Of a stretch of 64,000 nucleotides of DNA, positions 20,562 through 31,548 are shown in pieces. The notes below the pieces were generated by a model. The model was not told where the DNA came from, searched no databases, and saw only the letters and a list, made by a program, of their open reading frames with translations. Source of the DNA: Collinsella sp. (GTDB taxonomy: Bacteria; Actinomycetota; Coriobacteriia; Coriobacteriales; Coriobacteriaceae). How positions within the stretch are numbered: the first letter of the stretch is position 1; the number at the start of each line of letters is the position of its first letter. The translations under genes and the position numbers were made by a program. The DNA lies in contig DBFEBE010000082.1 in NCBI GenBank assembly GCA_048318985.1, positions 3,330 to 67,329 on the forward strand, read 5' to 3'.

Positions 20562-23500
20562 ATGAAGCAACGAGTACGGGGGCTGCTCGCCCCGACGCTC
20601 GCGTGCGCACTCGCGTTCGGAGGTCTAGTCGGCGCCGCGCCCGCGGCGTACGCCGCCGAGGGAAACCTGGCGCTCGGCAAGACCGCCATCGCCGACAGCG
20701 AGGAGGCGCCCTCCGTCGCCGCGAAGTTCGCGGTCGACGGCAACACCACCGATAAAAGCTCCCGCTGGGGCAGCGGCGTGGACAGCAGCCACGGCGCGCA
20801 CTGGCTGTACGTAGACCTCGGAAGCGACCAGACGGTCTCTTCCGTCAAGGCGTTCTGGGAGAGCCGTAAGGCGACGGGCTTCAAGGTCCAGGTCCTGGCA
20901 GACAAGGATGCGAAGGGCGACGACGCGTCCGCCTGGGGCTGGAAGGACGTCTACGAGACGGATGAGCGCCCGGCATCCACGGAGAGCACGGTCAATTTCG
21001 ATGCGGTCGAGGCGCGCTACGTGCGCCTGTACGTGACCGGTTTCACGTCCGACGACCCGGACGGCAAGGTGGACACCTATCCCACCGTCTCGCTGTTCGA
21101 GTTCGAGGTCTATGCGGACAAGCAGGAGGAGACTGCGCCCGAGACCGGCGAGAAGGCCCAGAACCTGGCGCTCGGCCGTCCGACCAAGGCGAGCGCGGAC
21201 TACGACAACGCCGACGGTGCCCGAGCCGTCGACGGCAAGAAGAAGGACGGCAAGGCCGATCGCTGGAGGACCGAGGAGGCGCCCACCCAGTGGCTGTACG
21301 TCGACTTGGGGTCCTCGCAGAGCATCTCGTACCTCGAGGCGATGTGGGAGAACGCGGAGAACCGCGCCGCCGACTTCAACATCTACGTGTCCGAGAGCAC
21401 CGATGATTGGGGCAAGCCCGTGCACGCTGTCACGGGCAACAAGGACGCTGTGAGCAAGATCGAGCTCGCGTCTCCGGTCACCGGCCGTTACGTCAAGCTC
21501 GAGGTCACGAAGGTCGAGGGCTGGCAGGCCGTCTCCTGCATGGAGTTCGAGGTGTGGAACAAGGTTCCGGAGGCCCCTGCGAAGCAGCCGGCCGACTACC
21601 TGGACGACATCGTCGTGGACCCCGTCACCGCGGAGACCAAGATCCTGTCCTACACGCTGCCCAAGGCCCCCGAGGGGTACAGCATCGCCTATAACGGCAC
21701 CGACTACGAGCAGGTCATCGACCTGGACGGCACCATCTACCGTCCGATCGCCGACGTGACGGTGAAGGCGTCGTTCAAGATCGTGAACGATTCCGACAAC
21801 ACCGACTACGCGTTCAAGGAGTTCGACGTGGCGGTGCCCGGCAGCCTTACGGCCGCCGAGGGTGCCAACGCGGCCCCGCGCATCCTGCCCGAGCTGCGCG
21901 AGTGGGTCGGCGGGACCGGCTCGTTTGCCGCCACGGCCGCCAAGCGCGTCGTCTACGCGGACGACTCCCTCAAGGTCATGGCGGAGGACTTCGCTGCGGA
22001 CTTCGCGACCGTGACCGGCGTCACGCTCGATGTCGCCAAGGGCACTGCCGCGACGTCCGGGGACATCTTCTTCGGCCTCACCGACGACGCCTCCCGCGGC
22101 CTCAAGGACGAGGGCTACCTCGTTGAGGCCCTTGGCGACAAGGTCGTCGTCACCGCCGAGGAGGTCGCCGGTGCCAACTGGGGCGCCAAGACCATCCTGC
22201 AGGGCATGAAGACGGGCGAGGGCTCCTTCCCCGTGGGCACCGCGCGCGACTACCCGCTCTACAAGGTGCGCGGACTCATCCTCGACGTGGGCCGCAAGAC
22301 CTTCACGCTCGACTGGCTCAAGCAGATGACCGAGCAGATGGCCTGGTTCAAGCTGAACGACTTCCAGATCCACCTGAACGACAACCTCATCCCGCTCGAG
22401 CACTACACCAACAACGGCGAGGACGCGATGCAGGCCTACTCCGGCTTCCGCCTCGAGTCCGACATCAAGAAGGGCGGCGCCAACCAGGCCGACCTCACCT
22501 CCACCGACGTGTGGTACAGCAAGGCGGACTTCAAGGAGTACATCGAGCGCTCCGCCGCGCTCGGCGTGAACATCATCCCCGAGATCGACACCCCGGCCCA
22601 TTCCCTGGCGCTCACCAAGGTCCGTCCCGACCTGCGCTACGGCACCGACGGCCGTCAGAACGACCACCTGGACCTGCGCGGCGAGAAGTTCGGCCAGAGC
22701 CTCGAGTTCGTCCAGAGCATCTTCGATGAGTACCTGACCGGCGGCGAGGACGCGGTCTTCGCCGGCACCGACGTGATCCACATCGGCGCGGACGAGTACA
22801 ACGTCGGCTCCAAGGAGGAGTCGGGCCCGCTGTACCGCAAGTTCGTCAACGAGATGTTCGACTACGCGCGCGAGAACGGCAAGACGCCGCGCGTCTGGGG
22901 CTCCCTGTCCCAGTACACCCAGGGCGACGCCATCCACGTGGACGGCGAAGACGGCACCCGTGCCCAGATCAACCTCTGGAACTGGGGCTACGCCAACATG
23001 GACAAGATGTACGAGATGGGCTTCGACCTCATCGACTGCAACGACGGCCACTTCTACATCGTGCCCAACGCCGGCTACTACTACGACTACCTGAACGACA
23101 ACGTCGTCTACACCGACCCGCTGAACAGCATCGACAAGGTGACCATCCCGGCGGGCGACCCGCAGGTCATCGGCGGCGCCTTCGCGGTGTGGAACGACAT
23201 GACCGACTACCTGGAGAACGGCATCACCGAGTACGACGTGTACGACCGCATCACCGCGGCGGCGGGTCTCTTCGGCGCCAACTCCTGGGGCCGCGGCTCG
23301 CTGAACACCGCCGACGCCAAGGCGCTCTCGCAGGAGCTCGGCGACGAGCCCAGCACCAACTTCGGCTACGAGGTCTCCGTCTCCGATTCCGGTCAGATCG
23401 CCCAGTGGAACATGGACGACATGTCCGACGCCTCCGGCATGGGCCGCGACCTCGCCGAGGGCAAGAACGCCAAGCTCGAGCAGGTGGACGGCCGCAGCGC

Positions 23501-25469
23501 CCTCAAGCTCGACGGCGATGAGTCCTACGCTTCCGTCGCCGACGACGCCCTCTCCACCGCCGGCCTGGGCAACGACCTGCGCGTCAAGGTGAAGCGCACG
23601 AGCGCCTCCACCGATCCCCAGGTGCTCTTCGAGTCCGCGTACGGCCAGATCATGGCCGTCCAGGAGGGAACCGGCAAGGTCGGGTTCACCCGTGAGAACC
23701 ATCAGTTCTCCTTCGCCTACGAGCTGCCCGTCGACGAATGGGTCGAGCTCGAGTTCAAGAACACGATGACCGAGACGCAGCTCTACGTGAACGGCGAGCT
23801 CGTCGACACCCTGGGCGACGGCGACAAGGCGGCCGAGGGCAAGGCCCTCAAGGCCACGACGATGCTGCCGCTGGCGCGTGTCGGCTCCAAGACGCAGGCG
23901 TTCCGCGGCTACGTGGACGACGTCCGCGTCTCGACCGATGCGGAGTTCGCCTCCACCATGGAGCTCGACTACGCGGTCCTTACCGCCGAGAGCGTGCTCG
24001 CCGTGCAGGACGTCCCCGGCCTGCGCGATCTGCTCGATGCGGCGTACGACCTGTTCCGCGATGCCGACCCGAGCGCCGAGGCCGTATCCGAGCTGGCCGC
24101 TCAGATTCGCGGCAAGCTGACGGGCGAGGACGGCAAGCCCGGCTACGAGGTGGCGGATTACTGCCGCATCGACGCGTATGCCCAGCTGCAGGGCGACGAG
24201 GCCACCGCAGCGCTCGCAGAGCTCTTCACCGAGGAGTCGGTCGCTCGCGTGCAGGCCGCCTGGGCCCAGGTGCGCGAGGACCTGCCCGCGAGCATGCAGT
24301 CCACGGTCGACGGCTACGAGGTCGCCATCGTGAGGGCGCTGAACGCCCTCGAGCTGAAGAAGGGCGGCGACCTCAACTTCGTCGACCCCGCCCTGCTCAC
24401 GGCGACCGCATCCGATTTCCAGGCCGACGGCTCGGATCCCAAGAACGTGCTCGACGGCAACCCCAACACGATGTGGCACAGCAAGTGGGACATCACCTCG
24501 GGCGAGCACTGGCTCAACCTCGAGGCGAAGGAATCCATGAGCGTCGAGGGCATCGTGTACACCCCGCGCCAGACCGGCGCCAACGGCAACATCCAGACGT
24601 ACCGCATCGAGGTCTCCCGTGACGGCAAGACCTTCGAGAAGATCGCCGAGGGCGACCTCAAGGTGAGCGGCACCGAGCCGATCACCATCGCCTTCGACCG
24701 CCAGGACGGCGTCAAGGCCGTCAAGCTCGTGTGGGTCAAGGGCGCCAACGGCAACGCCGCGGCAGCGGAGCTCCGCCTGCTCGACGCGGCCGCCGCCCCC
24801 AACTACGAGGCCCTGCAGCAGCTCGTCGACGTCGCCGAGGGCGTGAAGCAGGACGGCTCCTGCGATCACGACCGCTTCAGCGACGAGACCTGGTCCGCCT
24901 TCCAGGCCCAGGTCAAGAAGGCAGAGGACTGCCTGGCTAAGCAGGACGGCGACGTCAACTCCGTGTACGCCCTGCGCGGCGAGCTGGCCGCATCCATGAT
25001 GGCGCTGCGCCTCGAGGGCGCTCCGGTCGATCCCGAGCCCGAACCCGAGCCCGAGGGAAAGACCTTCACCGTCACCATCGACGACCGCGTTCCCGGCCAT
25101 GAGGACATCGTCCTGAAGGTCAAGGAGGGCGAGAAGGTTCCCGCCCAGGCCGACCCGGAGCTTTCCGGTTGGAAGTTCGAGGGCTGGTTCGCCGACGGCC
25201 ACGAGGGCGGCTGGACCGCGAAGTGGAGCTTCGATGACCCCGTGACCTCCGACCTCGTGCTCACGGCCAAGTGGAGCCGCGCCGAGGTCCCGGGCGGCGG
25301 CACCGATGAGCCCACCCAGAAGCCCGAGGATCCGAGCGCCAAGCCCGGCACGGACGGCTCGCTCGTCCAGACCGGCGATGACAGCCTCGCCATCGTCGGC
25401 GGCGTCGCCGCGGCGGCCGTGGTCGCCCTCGGCGCGGGCGTGGCGCTTCGCCGCCGCAGCGCCAAGTAG
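20562..25469 (+). CDS. Cell-wall-anchored GH20 beta-N-acetylhexosaminidase / lacto-N-biosidase-like enzyme with F5/8 (CBM32), LamG-like, FIVAR-like and InlB-repeat-like domains
   Basis: Signal peptide; RGLILDVGRK, HLNDN, IIPEIDTPAH, catalytic HIGADEY; NLALGK-type F5/8 repeats; C-terminal LVQTG + TM + RRRSAK. Confidence 0.9.
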   Translation: MKQRVRGLLAPTLACALAFGGLVGAAPAAYAAEGNLALGKTAIADSEEAPSVAAKFAVDGNTTDKSSRWGSGVDSSHGAHWLYVDLGSDQTVSSVKAFWESRKATGFKVQVLADKDAKGDDASAWGWKDVYETDERPASTESTVNFDAVEARYVRLYVTGFTSDDPDGKVDTYPTVSLFEFEVYADKQEETAPETGEKAQNLALGRPTKASADYDNADGARAVDGKKKDGKADRWRTEEAPTQWLYVDLGSSQSISYLEAMWENAENRAADFNIYVSESTDDWGKPVHAVTGNKDAVSKIELASPVTGRYVKLEVTKVEGWQAVSCMEFEVWNKVPEAPAKQPADYLDDIVVDPVTAETKILSYTLPKAPEGYSIAYNGTDYEQVIDLDGTIYRPIADVTVKASFKIVNDSDNTDYAFKEFDVAVPGSLTAAEGANAAPRILPELREWVGGTGSFAATAAKRVVYADDSLKVMAEDFAADFATVTGVTLDVAKGTAATSGDIFFGLTDDASRGLKDEGYLVEALGDKVVVTAEEVAGANWGAKTILQGMKTGEGSFPVGTARDYPLYKVRGLILDVGRKTFTLDWLKQMTEQMAWFKLNDFQIHLNDNLIPLEHYTNNGEDAMQAYSGFRLESDIKKGGANQADLTSTDVWYSKADFKEYIERSAALGVNIIPEIDTPAHSLALTKVRPDLRYGTDGRQNDHLDLRGEKFGQSLEFVQSIFDEYLTGGEDAVFAGTDVIHIGADEYNVGSKEESGPLYRKFVNEMFDYARENGKTPRVWGSLSQYTQGDAIHVDGEDGTRAQINLWNWGYANMDKMYEMGFDLIDCNDGHFYIVPNAGYYYDYLNDNVVYTDPLNSIDKVTIPAGDPQVIGGAFAVWNDMTDYLENGITEYDVYDRITAAAGLFGANSWGRGSLNTADAKALSQELGDEPSTNFGYEVSVSDSGQIAQWNMDDMSDASGMGRDLAEGKNAKLEQVDGRSALKLDGDESYASVADDALSTAGLGNDLRVKVKRTSASTDPQVLFESAYGQIMAVQEGTGKVGFTRENHQFSFAYELPVDEWVELEFKNTMTETQLYVNGELVDTLGDGDKAAEGKALKATTMLPLARVGSKTQAFRGYVDDVRVSTDAEFASTMELDYAVLTAESVLAVQDVPGLRDLLDAAYDLFRDADPSAEAVSELAAQIRGKLTGEDGKPGYEVADYCRIDAYAQLQGDEATAALAELFTEESVARVQAAWAQVREDLPASMQSTVDGYEVAIVRALNALELKKGGDLNFVDPALLTATASDFQADGSDPKNVLDGNPNTMWHSKWDITSGEHWLNLEAKESMSVEGIVYTPRQTGANGNIQTYRIEVSRDGKTFEKIAEGDLKVSGTEPITIAFDRQDGVKAVKLVWVKGANGNAAAAELRLLDAAAAPNYEALQQLVDVAEGVKQDGSCDHDRFSDETWSAFQAQVKKAEDCLAKQDGDVNSVYALRGELAASMMALRLEGAPVDPEPEPEPEGKTFTVTIDDRVPGHEDIVLKVKEGEKVPAQADPELSGWKFEGWFADGHEGGWTAKWSFDDPVTSDLVLTAKWSRAEVPGGGTDEPTQKPEDPSAKPGTDGSLVQTGDDSLAIVGGVAAAAVVALGAGVALRRRSAK

Positions 25470-25525
25470 CCGTTCAGGCTCACGGGTCGCGCGGCTGTAA
25501 ACCGCATAGTCCAGAAGGAGGATGA

Positions 25526-28500
25526 ATGAACCGAACCGTTACGAAGATTCGCTCGGTCTGGTCATTCATCCTCTGCGTTCTAACCCTGTGCGGCATGGCG
25601 GCCTTCGGTGCCGCCACGCCCGCTTGGGCAGCAGAGGATGGATACCAGATCTACCCGACCCCGCATGAGGCCTCGTACGCCGCGGGCGCGCAGACGCTTC
25701 GCGGCGAAGCGAACGTCGTGCTCGAGGACGGCGTCGATGCGGACACCGCGGCCCGCCTCGACGAGGCCCTCGCCCTCAAGGGGATGAAGGCGAAGCAGTC
25801 CGACAAGCTCGGCGGAGCGCGCTCTACCAATATCCTGGTGGGCGTGAAGGGCTCCGGCGGCGTCGTCGACACGATGGTCGAGGAGCTCGTGAAGTCCGGT
25901 GACCTCGCCATCACCGAGGGCCTGTTCGATAAGACCGACGCCTACGTGCTCGCCTCCCTGCCTGCAACCGGCGACACGCCCGACCGCGTGATCGTTCTGG
26001 GCGCCAGCACCGATGCGGCCTACTACGGCCTCACCACGCTGTATCAGATCCTGCAGCAGACCGAGGGCGCGGAGCTTCGCGCCTTCGCCGTGTGCGATTA
26101 TGCGGACGTCATCACGCGCGGCTTCATCGAGGGCTACTACGGCAACCCGTGGAGCACCGAGGACCGCGTGAACCTCATGACGTGGGGCGGCTACTACAAG
26201 CTGAACGCCTATGTGTACGCTCCGAAGGACGACCCCAAGCACAACGCCCAGTGGCGCACCCTCTACACCGAGGAGGAGCTCACCGAGAAGATCGACCCGC
26301 TGGCAAAGGCCGGCAACGAGTCGAAGTGCCGCTTCGTCTACGCGCTGCACCCCTTCATGAGCAACCCCATCACCAACGCGAACTACGATGATTCCGTTGC
26401 GATCCTGAAGGAAAAGTTCACGCAGGTTATGGATCACGGCGTCCGCCAGATCGCCATGCTGGCCGACGATGCGGCCGACCAGGGCTCCGACCTGTACATC
26501 AAGCTGTGCGAGGACATGACGGAATGGGTCCGCGAGCAGCAGCGGGCCGCCAACGAGGACGGTTCGCTCAAGTACCCCGGCCTCAAGGACACGATCATCT
26601 TCTGCCCGGTGGCCTATTACGGCCAGGGCGAGGCATGGTATCAGGACCTTCCCGACAACATCCAGGTCGTCAACACCGGCGGCCGCATCTGGGGCAAGAT
26701 CGACAACCAGTTCGCCACCACGTTCCAGAACAACTCCGGCGTCGCACCCTTCATGTGGATCAACTGGCCCTGCTCCGATAACGACAAGGACGCCCTGCAC
26801 ATGGGCGGCCACAACAACTTCCTGGGCGCCGACCTCAAGCCGGGCCAGGTCGAGGGTGTCGTGCTCAACCCCATGCAGCAGTCCGAGCCGTCCAAGCAGG
26901 CGATCTTCATGAACGCCGACTTCACGTGGAACCTGTGGACGTCCACCGAGCACGCCGACGCCGCGTGGGACGATTCCTTCACGTACGTGGACCACAACTC
27001 TCCGGTCGCAACCGCCGGCTCCGATGCGCTCAAGGCCCTCTCCGGCCATGCGCTCCGCATGTACGGCGGCGGCGCGACCTGGGAGAACGGCGAGTCTGCC
27101 GATATCAAGGATGCGCTGGCCGACTTCCGCGCCAAGCTCGCCGCGGGCACGGTCACCGCAGGCGATGTGGATAGCATGACCGCGATCTTCACCGAGCTTA
27201 AGGAGATCGCCGCGTCCTACCGCGCGTCTGCGGGCAACAAGGATATGCTCGAGCAGATCGGCTCCTGGGTCGACGCGATGGAGGAGCAGTCCGAGGCTGC
27301 CCTTCTCGAACTCGAGGCCGTCAAGGCCGACCTGGCGGGCGACACGTCCACGCTGATCGCCAAGTACTCCGCGGGCACCGCGAAGCTCGACGATGCCAAC
27401 AACCACGGCTATCTCTACATCGACCACACCGAGTACGCCCGCATCGGCAAGGCGCACATCGTGCCCACGATCAACGCGCTCGATACCTATGTCGCCGAGC
27501 GTGCCGAGCTGGCCTCCAACCCCGACGCGAACTTCACCAAGTTCGTGACGAGCCGTACCGACAGCCCGTCTGCCGACACGGACGTCCTGTTCGACGGCAA
27601 AGCCGGCACCGGCCTGAGCTACAAGGACCCGGCGGCCATCGCCGAGGGCACGTTCTTCGGCGTGGAGAAGACCAACGCGTTCGACCTCGATCGCTTCACG
27701 ATCACCTATGACGGCGGCCACCTCAACGACACGCTGCGCACGGGCAAGCTGCAGGTCCTGCGTGAGACCGAAGGCGGCCGCGCATGGGTCGATGTGGAGG
27801 GCGCGACGCTCGACAACAACCGCGAGCAGGTCGTCGACTTCAAGGACCTGGGACAGACAGACGTCTTCGGCGTCCGCCTGATCGCCACGGCCGCCAACGA
27901 GGGCGCCTGCTGGCTCACCATCAACGAGGTCGAGATCAACAAGGTCGACGCCCCCGCGTCCGAGTCCGCGGCGTATTTCGGCACGGTCACGGTTGAGAAC
28001 CAGGTGAGCGCCGATTCCGGCAAGCCCTTGGGCAACGCGTCCGACGGCGAGGACGGCACCGAGGCGTGGCTCACGCATGGCGTCGGCGACCAGAAGGACG
28101 ACGGCACCGAGGCCGGTGCGGCCGTCATCGTCACGTTCGACGGCGTGAAGTCCATCGATGCGATCGTCTTCAAGCAGGCCATCTCCAACAACGGCGGCGA
28201 CGCCATCGATAGCGGTACCGCCTACTACCAGACGGCTGACGGTCAGTGGCATGAGGCCGGTGCGATCAACAACAAGACCGCGCAGACCATCAAGCTGGGC
28301 AAGACCGTCGAGGCCAAGGCCGTCAAGGTCGTCAACAACGCCCGCAAGAACATCTGGTGGCGCGTCGCCGACCTGTACGCCACCGCCGGCGGGGAGGCTG
28401 CAGCCGCCAAGACCATCTCGACCAACATGCCCCAGTACCAGAGCAACGCGATCGCGCGCGCCATCGACGGCGACGAGACCACGCAGTTCTGGAGCAGCCG

Positions 28501-31441
28501 CGCCACGCAGCAGGGCGACTGGGTCATGATGACCCTCGGCGGCAAGGTCAAGATCGACGCTGTCCGTGCGCTGCAGGGTTCGAGCGACAAGTTCTCGTCC
28601 GCTTCGGTGTACTACACCACCGATGAGACCCCCGATGCCGAGGGCGGCGCCTGGACCAAGGCGTGCGACCTTTCCGGCGCCTCCGACGAGACCGTGAACT
28701 TCGCAACCGTCGAGGCGACGGCTATCAAGCTCGTATCCAACAGCGGCACCTCCAACTGGTTCCAGCTGTACGAGCTCGAGGCCTACGAGCGTTACTCGTT
28801 CAGCACCGACAGCATCTATTCCACGTTCGAGCTTCCGAACGCGAGCCTCAAGGGTCGCGTGGCGACCGATGGCGCCTCCACGACCGACGCCACGGTGAAG
28901 CTGCCTGCAAACGGCGACGTTATCGCCGTCGACCTGGGCAGCATCCGCCGCGAGGTCACGGTTGCCGCCGGCGAGACCGCTGCCACCAAGGCGGACGCGG
29001 TCTACTCCATGAACGGCCTCGAGTGGAAGTCCCTCGGCTCCGAAGCCGTGAGCGCGCGCTATGTGGGTTACAAGGCTAACGCCGACGGCGCCACCGTCGC
29101 GTTCAAGGGCTACACCGTCTCGTTCCTGGGCTCCCTGGCACCGAAGCTGGTCTCCAGCGACGTGCCCGGCTCCGATAGCTTCGATGTGGCGAAGGTCTTC
29201 GATGGCAACATCGGCACCAACTCCACCATCGCCGGCTACCCGAGCGAGGGCAACAAGATCGTCTTCGATCTTGGCCAGGAGCGCACCATCAACACCTTCG
29301 AGTACTTCATTCCCGAGACCAGCAAGGACTTTATCCGCAACGGCGTGATCGAGGTCGCAAGCGATCCCAACGCTGGCGATGATCAGTGGATCCAGGTCCT
29401 CGACATCAACAGCAAGGAGATCGTCGAGGACGCGTTCAACGACGATACCGCGAAGAGCGCCGCGTGGCTCACGCACTCCAGCGAGGTCCCCGGCAACATG
29501 ACCGCCAAGGCGGAGAGCCTCGATGTCACCGGTCGCTATCTGCGCATCCGCTTCACCGGCACCTACAGCCACCGCTGGATCTGCCTGGGTGAGTTGCGCA
29601 TCAACAAGGGCGCGTACGTCTCCACCTATGCGGGCGGCGACTTCGAGAGCACCGTCGCCGAGCAGCGCGACATGCTGCCCAGCAACATGATCGACAAGAA
29701 TCTCGAGAGCCAGTGGACGCCTTCCGGCGACACCGCGGGCGCCCTGACCTATCACGTCTCCACCCCGCTGAAGGCCGATGGCACCGCCTATGAGGGCGTC
29801 CGCATCATTTCTCGCGGCAACCCCAGCGGCGCGATCGTCAAGGCCGTCCTCTACGCGGACGGTTCCTACAGCGCGACCGAGACCGTGGCCCTCGGCACGC
29901 TCGACCAGAACTCTCAGGAGTTCCGCTTCGGCAACGTGATCGCCGCAACCCGTGCCGCCGTCAACTTCACCGCGGTGAAGGACGTCGTCATCGAGTGGCC
30001 CGCGGGCACCACGCCCCAGATCTCCGAGATCTACCTTTTGGGCAAGGCCGCCGGTGCAAGCACCGATGGCATCGCCGCTCTGCGCGGTGCGCTCGATGCG
30101 GCCAAGAAGGTCGACACCTCCACGTGGACCGCTAACAGCAAGGCCGCGCTCGACACGGCGGTCGCCGCTGCCGAGGGCGCTTTGGCGAACGATTCCGCGA
30201 TCACGGCGGACGCCGCCGCCTCGCTGAAGGCCGGTCTGGAGAACGCTGTGGCCAACAAGGTCGTCCGCTACGCCGGAGGCGAGCTCTCCGAGCTCGTGGA
30301 GGGCGCCATCAAGGACGGCTCCGCGTACACCAAGACCACGTGGGATGCGTACAGCCAGGCTCTGGCTGCCGCGACCGAGGCCTTGAAGGATGCGGACAAC
30401 ATCTCCGAGACGCAGGGCGAGGAGCTCGCGGCCAACCTCAAGGCTGCCTGCGAGAACCTGGTCTTCGATGCCACCGCTGCCGATCGCGCGGCGCTGGTGC
30501 TCGAGGATGCAGGGGAGCTGAAGTGGGGCGAGGGTGACTTCACCACGACTTCCAAGGCTTCCTATGATGAGACCCTGAGCGCCCTGCAGAAGCTGGTCGA
30601 TGACGGCGTGAAGGATCCCGCGCAGCTCAATGCTGCCATGGACAACCTGTTCGCCGCCCGCGACGGTCTCGTCGACGTGTCGGCGCTCCTCGCTGCCCAG
30701 GCGGAGTTCGAGGGCGTTTCCGAGGGCGCGTACACGCCTGATTCCTACGCGCAGTACAAGGCCGCCTACGAGGCGTCCAAGAAGCTGCTCGAGGACGGCA
30801 CCGCCGAGCAGATCGCCGAGGCAGTTCAGAACCTCGCCGACGCTCAGGCAAAGCTCGTCGCCGTCGATCTCGATGGCGTCCTGGCGGATGCGAAGAAGCT
30901 CAACAAGGACGACTACACCTCCGATAGCTGGAAGGTTCTCGATGCTGCCATCAAGGCGGCCGAGGCCGAGCATGAGGATAGCGAGAACGGCACGCTTGCC
31001 CAGGCTATCGTCGATGCGCGCGCCCAGCTCGTGAACGTGGTCGCCCTGAAGGACGCTATCGCTCGCGCCGAAGCCATCGACACCTCGGTCTACACCGATC
31101 AGAGCGTCGCCGCGCTGAAGGACGCCGTCGCCGCGGGCAAGGCGCTCCTCAAGAGCGGCACCGCCGACGAGGTCGAGGCGGCTCGCGCCGATATCCTCGC
31201 GAAGATCGATGGCCTCACCCGTCCCTCCACGCCTGGCGATGGCGGTTCGGGTGATACCGGCAACTCCGGCAACGCTGGTAACGCCGGCGGCTCCAACAAG
31301 CCCGGTAACACCGGTAAGCCCGGTACGGGCGGAACGCTTGCCCAGACCGGCGACAACACGCTGGCCGTCGTGGGCGGCGTCGCCGCGGTCGCCGTGATAG
31401 CCATCGTCGCGGGCGTGATCGTGCGCCGTCGTAGCAGGTAG
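25526..31441 (+). CDS. Cell-wall-anchored GH84 beta-N-acetylglucosaminidase (NagH/NagJ-like) with several F5/8 and FIVAR-like repeats
   Basis: RGFIEGYYGNPWS, YVYAPKDDPKH, catalytic LADD, WINWPCSD, NPMQQ; C-terminal LAQTG + TM + RRRSR. Confidence 0.92.
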   Translation: MNRTVTKIRSVWSFILCVLTLCGMAAFGAATPAWAAEDGYQIYPTPHEASYAAGAQTLRGEANVVLEDGVDADTAARLDEALALKGMKAKQSDKLGGARSTNILVGVKGSGGVVDTMVEELVKSGDLAITEGLFDKTDAYVLASLPATGDTPDRVIVLGASTDAAYYGLTTLYQILQQTEGAELRAFAVCDYADVITRGFIEGYYGNPWSTEDRVNLMTWGGYYKLNAYVYAPKDDPKHNAQWRTLYTEEELTEKIDPLAKAGNESKCRFVYALHPFMSNPITNANYDDSVAILKEKFTQVMDHGVRQIAMLADDAADQGSDLYIKLCEDMTEWVREQQRAANEDGSLKYPGLKDTIIFCPVAYYGQGEAWYQDLPDNIQVVNTGGRIWGKIDNQFATTFQNNSGVAPFMWINWPCSDNDKDALHMGGHNNFLGADLKPGQVEGVVLNPMQQSEPSKQAIFMNADFTWNLWTSTEHADAAWDDSFTYVDHNSPVATAGSDALKALSGHALRMYGGGATWENGESADIKDALADFRAKLAAGTVTAGDVDSMTAIFTELKEIAASYRASAGNKDMLEQIGSWVDAMEEQSEAALLELEAVKADLAGDTSTLIAKYSAGTAKLDDANNHGYLYIDHTEYARIGKAHIVPTINALDTYVAERAELASNPDANFTKFVTSRTDSPSADTDVLFDGKAGTGLSYKDPAAIAEGTFFGVEKTNAFDLDRFTITYDGGHLNDTLRTGKLQVLRETEGGRAWVDVEGATLDNNREQVVDFKDLGQTDVFGVRLIATAANEGACWLTINEVEINKVDAPASESAAYFGTVTVENQVSADSGKPLGNASDGEDGTEAWLTHGVGDQKDDGTEAGAAVIVTFDGVKSIDAIVFKQAISNNGGDAIDSGTAYYQTADGQWHEAGAINNKTAQTIKLGKTVEAKAVKVVNNARKNIWWRVADLYATAGGEAAAAKTISTNMPQYQSNAIARAIDGDETTQFWSSRATQQGDWVMMTLGGKVKIDAVRALQGSSDKFSSASVYYTTDETPDAEGGAWTKACDLSGASDETVNFATVEATAIKLVSNSGTSNWFQLYELEAYERYSFSTDSIYSTFELPNASLKGRVATDGASTTDATVKLPANGDVIAVDLGSIRREVTVAAGETAATKADAVYSMNGLEWKSLGSEAVSARYVGYKANADGATVAFKGYTVSFLGSLAPKLVSSDVPGSDSFDVAKVFDGNIGTNSTIAGYPSEGNKIVFDLGQERTINTFEYFIPETSKDFIRNGVIEVASDPNAGDDQWIQVLDINSKEIVEDAFNDDTAKSAAWLTHSSEVPGNMTAKAESLDVTGRYLRIRFTGTYSHRWICLGELRINKGAYVSTYAGGDFESTVAEQRDMLPSNMIDKNLESQWTPSGDTAGALTYHVSTPLKADGTAYEGVRIISRGNPSGAIVKAVLYADGSYSATETVALGTLDQNSQEFRFGNVIAATRAAVNFTAVKDVVIEWPAGTTPQISEIYLLGKAAGASTDGIAALRGALDAAKKVDTSTWTANSKAALDTAVAAAEGALANDSAITADAAASLKAGLENAVANKVVRYAGGELSELVEGAIKDGSAYTKTTWDAYSQALAAATEALKDADNISETQGEELAANLKAACENLVFDATAADRAALVLEDAGELKWGEGDFTTTSKASYDETLSALQKLVDDGVKDPAQLNAAMDNLFAARDGLVDVSALLAAQAEFEGVSEGAYTPDSYAQYKAAYEASKKLLEDGTAEQIAEAVQNLADAQAKLVAVDLDGVLADAKKLNKDDYTSDSWKVLDAAIKAAEAEHEDSENGTLAQAIVDARAQLVNVVALKDAIARAEAIDTSVYTDQSVAALKDAVAAGKALLKSGTADEVEAARADILAKIDGLTRPSTPGDGGSGDTGNSGNAGNAGGSNKPGNTGKPGTGGTLAQTGDNTLAVVGGVAAVAVIAIVAGVIVRRRSR

Positions 31442-31471
31442 ATGCGCATCGGGACGGTTCGCATATGACCG

Positions 31472-31509
31472 AAAGGACCCCGGCAGCTTCGCGGCTGCCG
31501 GGGTCCTTT
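31472..31509. terminator. Bidirectional terminator between the convergent GH84 and peptidase genes
   Basis: AAAGGACCCCGGCAGC-TTCGCG-GCTGCCGGGGTCCTTT perfect 16-bp stem. Confidence 0.85.
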
Positions 31510-31548
31510 GCGTGCCTTGCGGATATGTCGGCGTGCGGCGCCGCGTCC

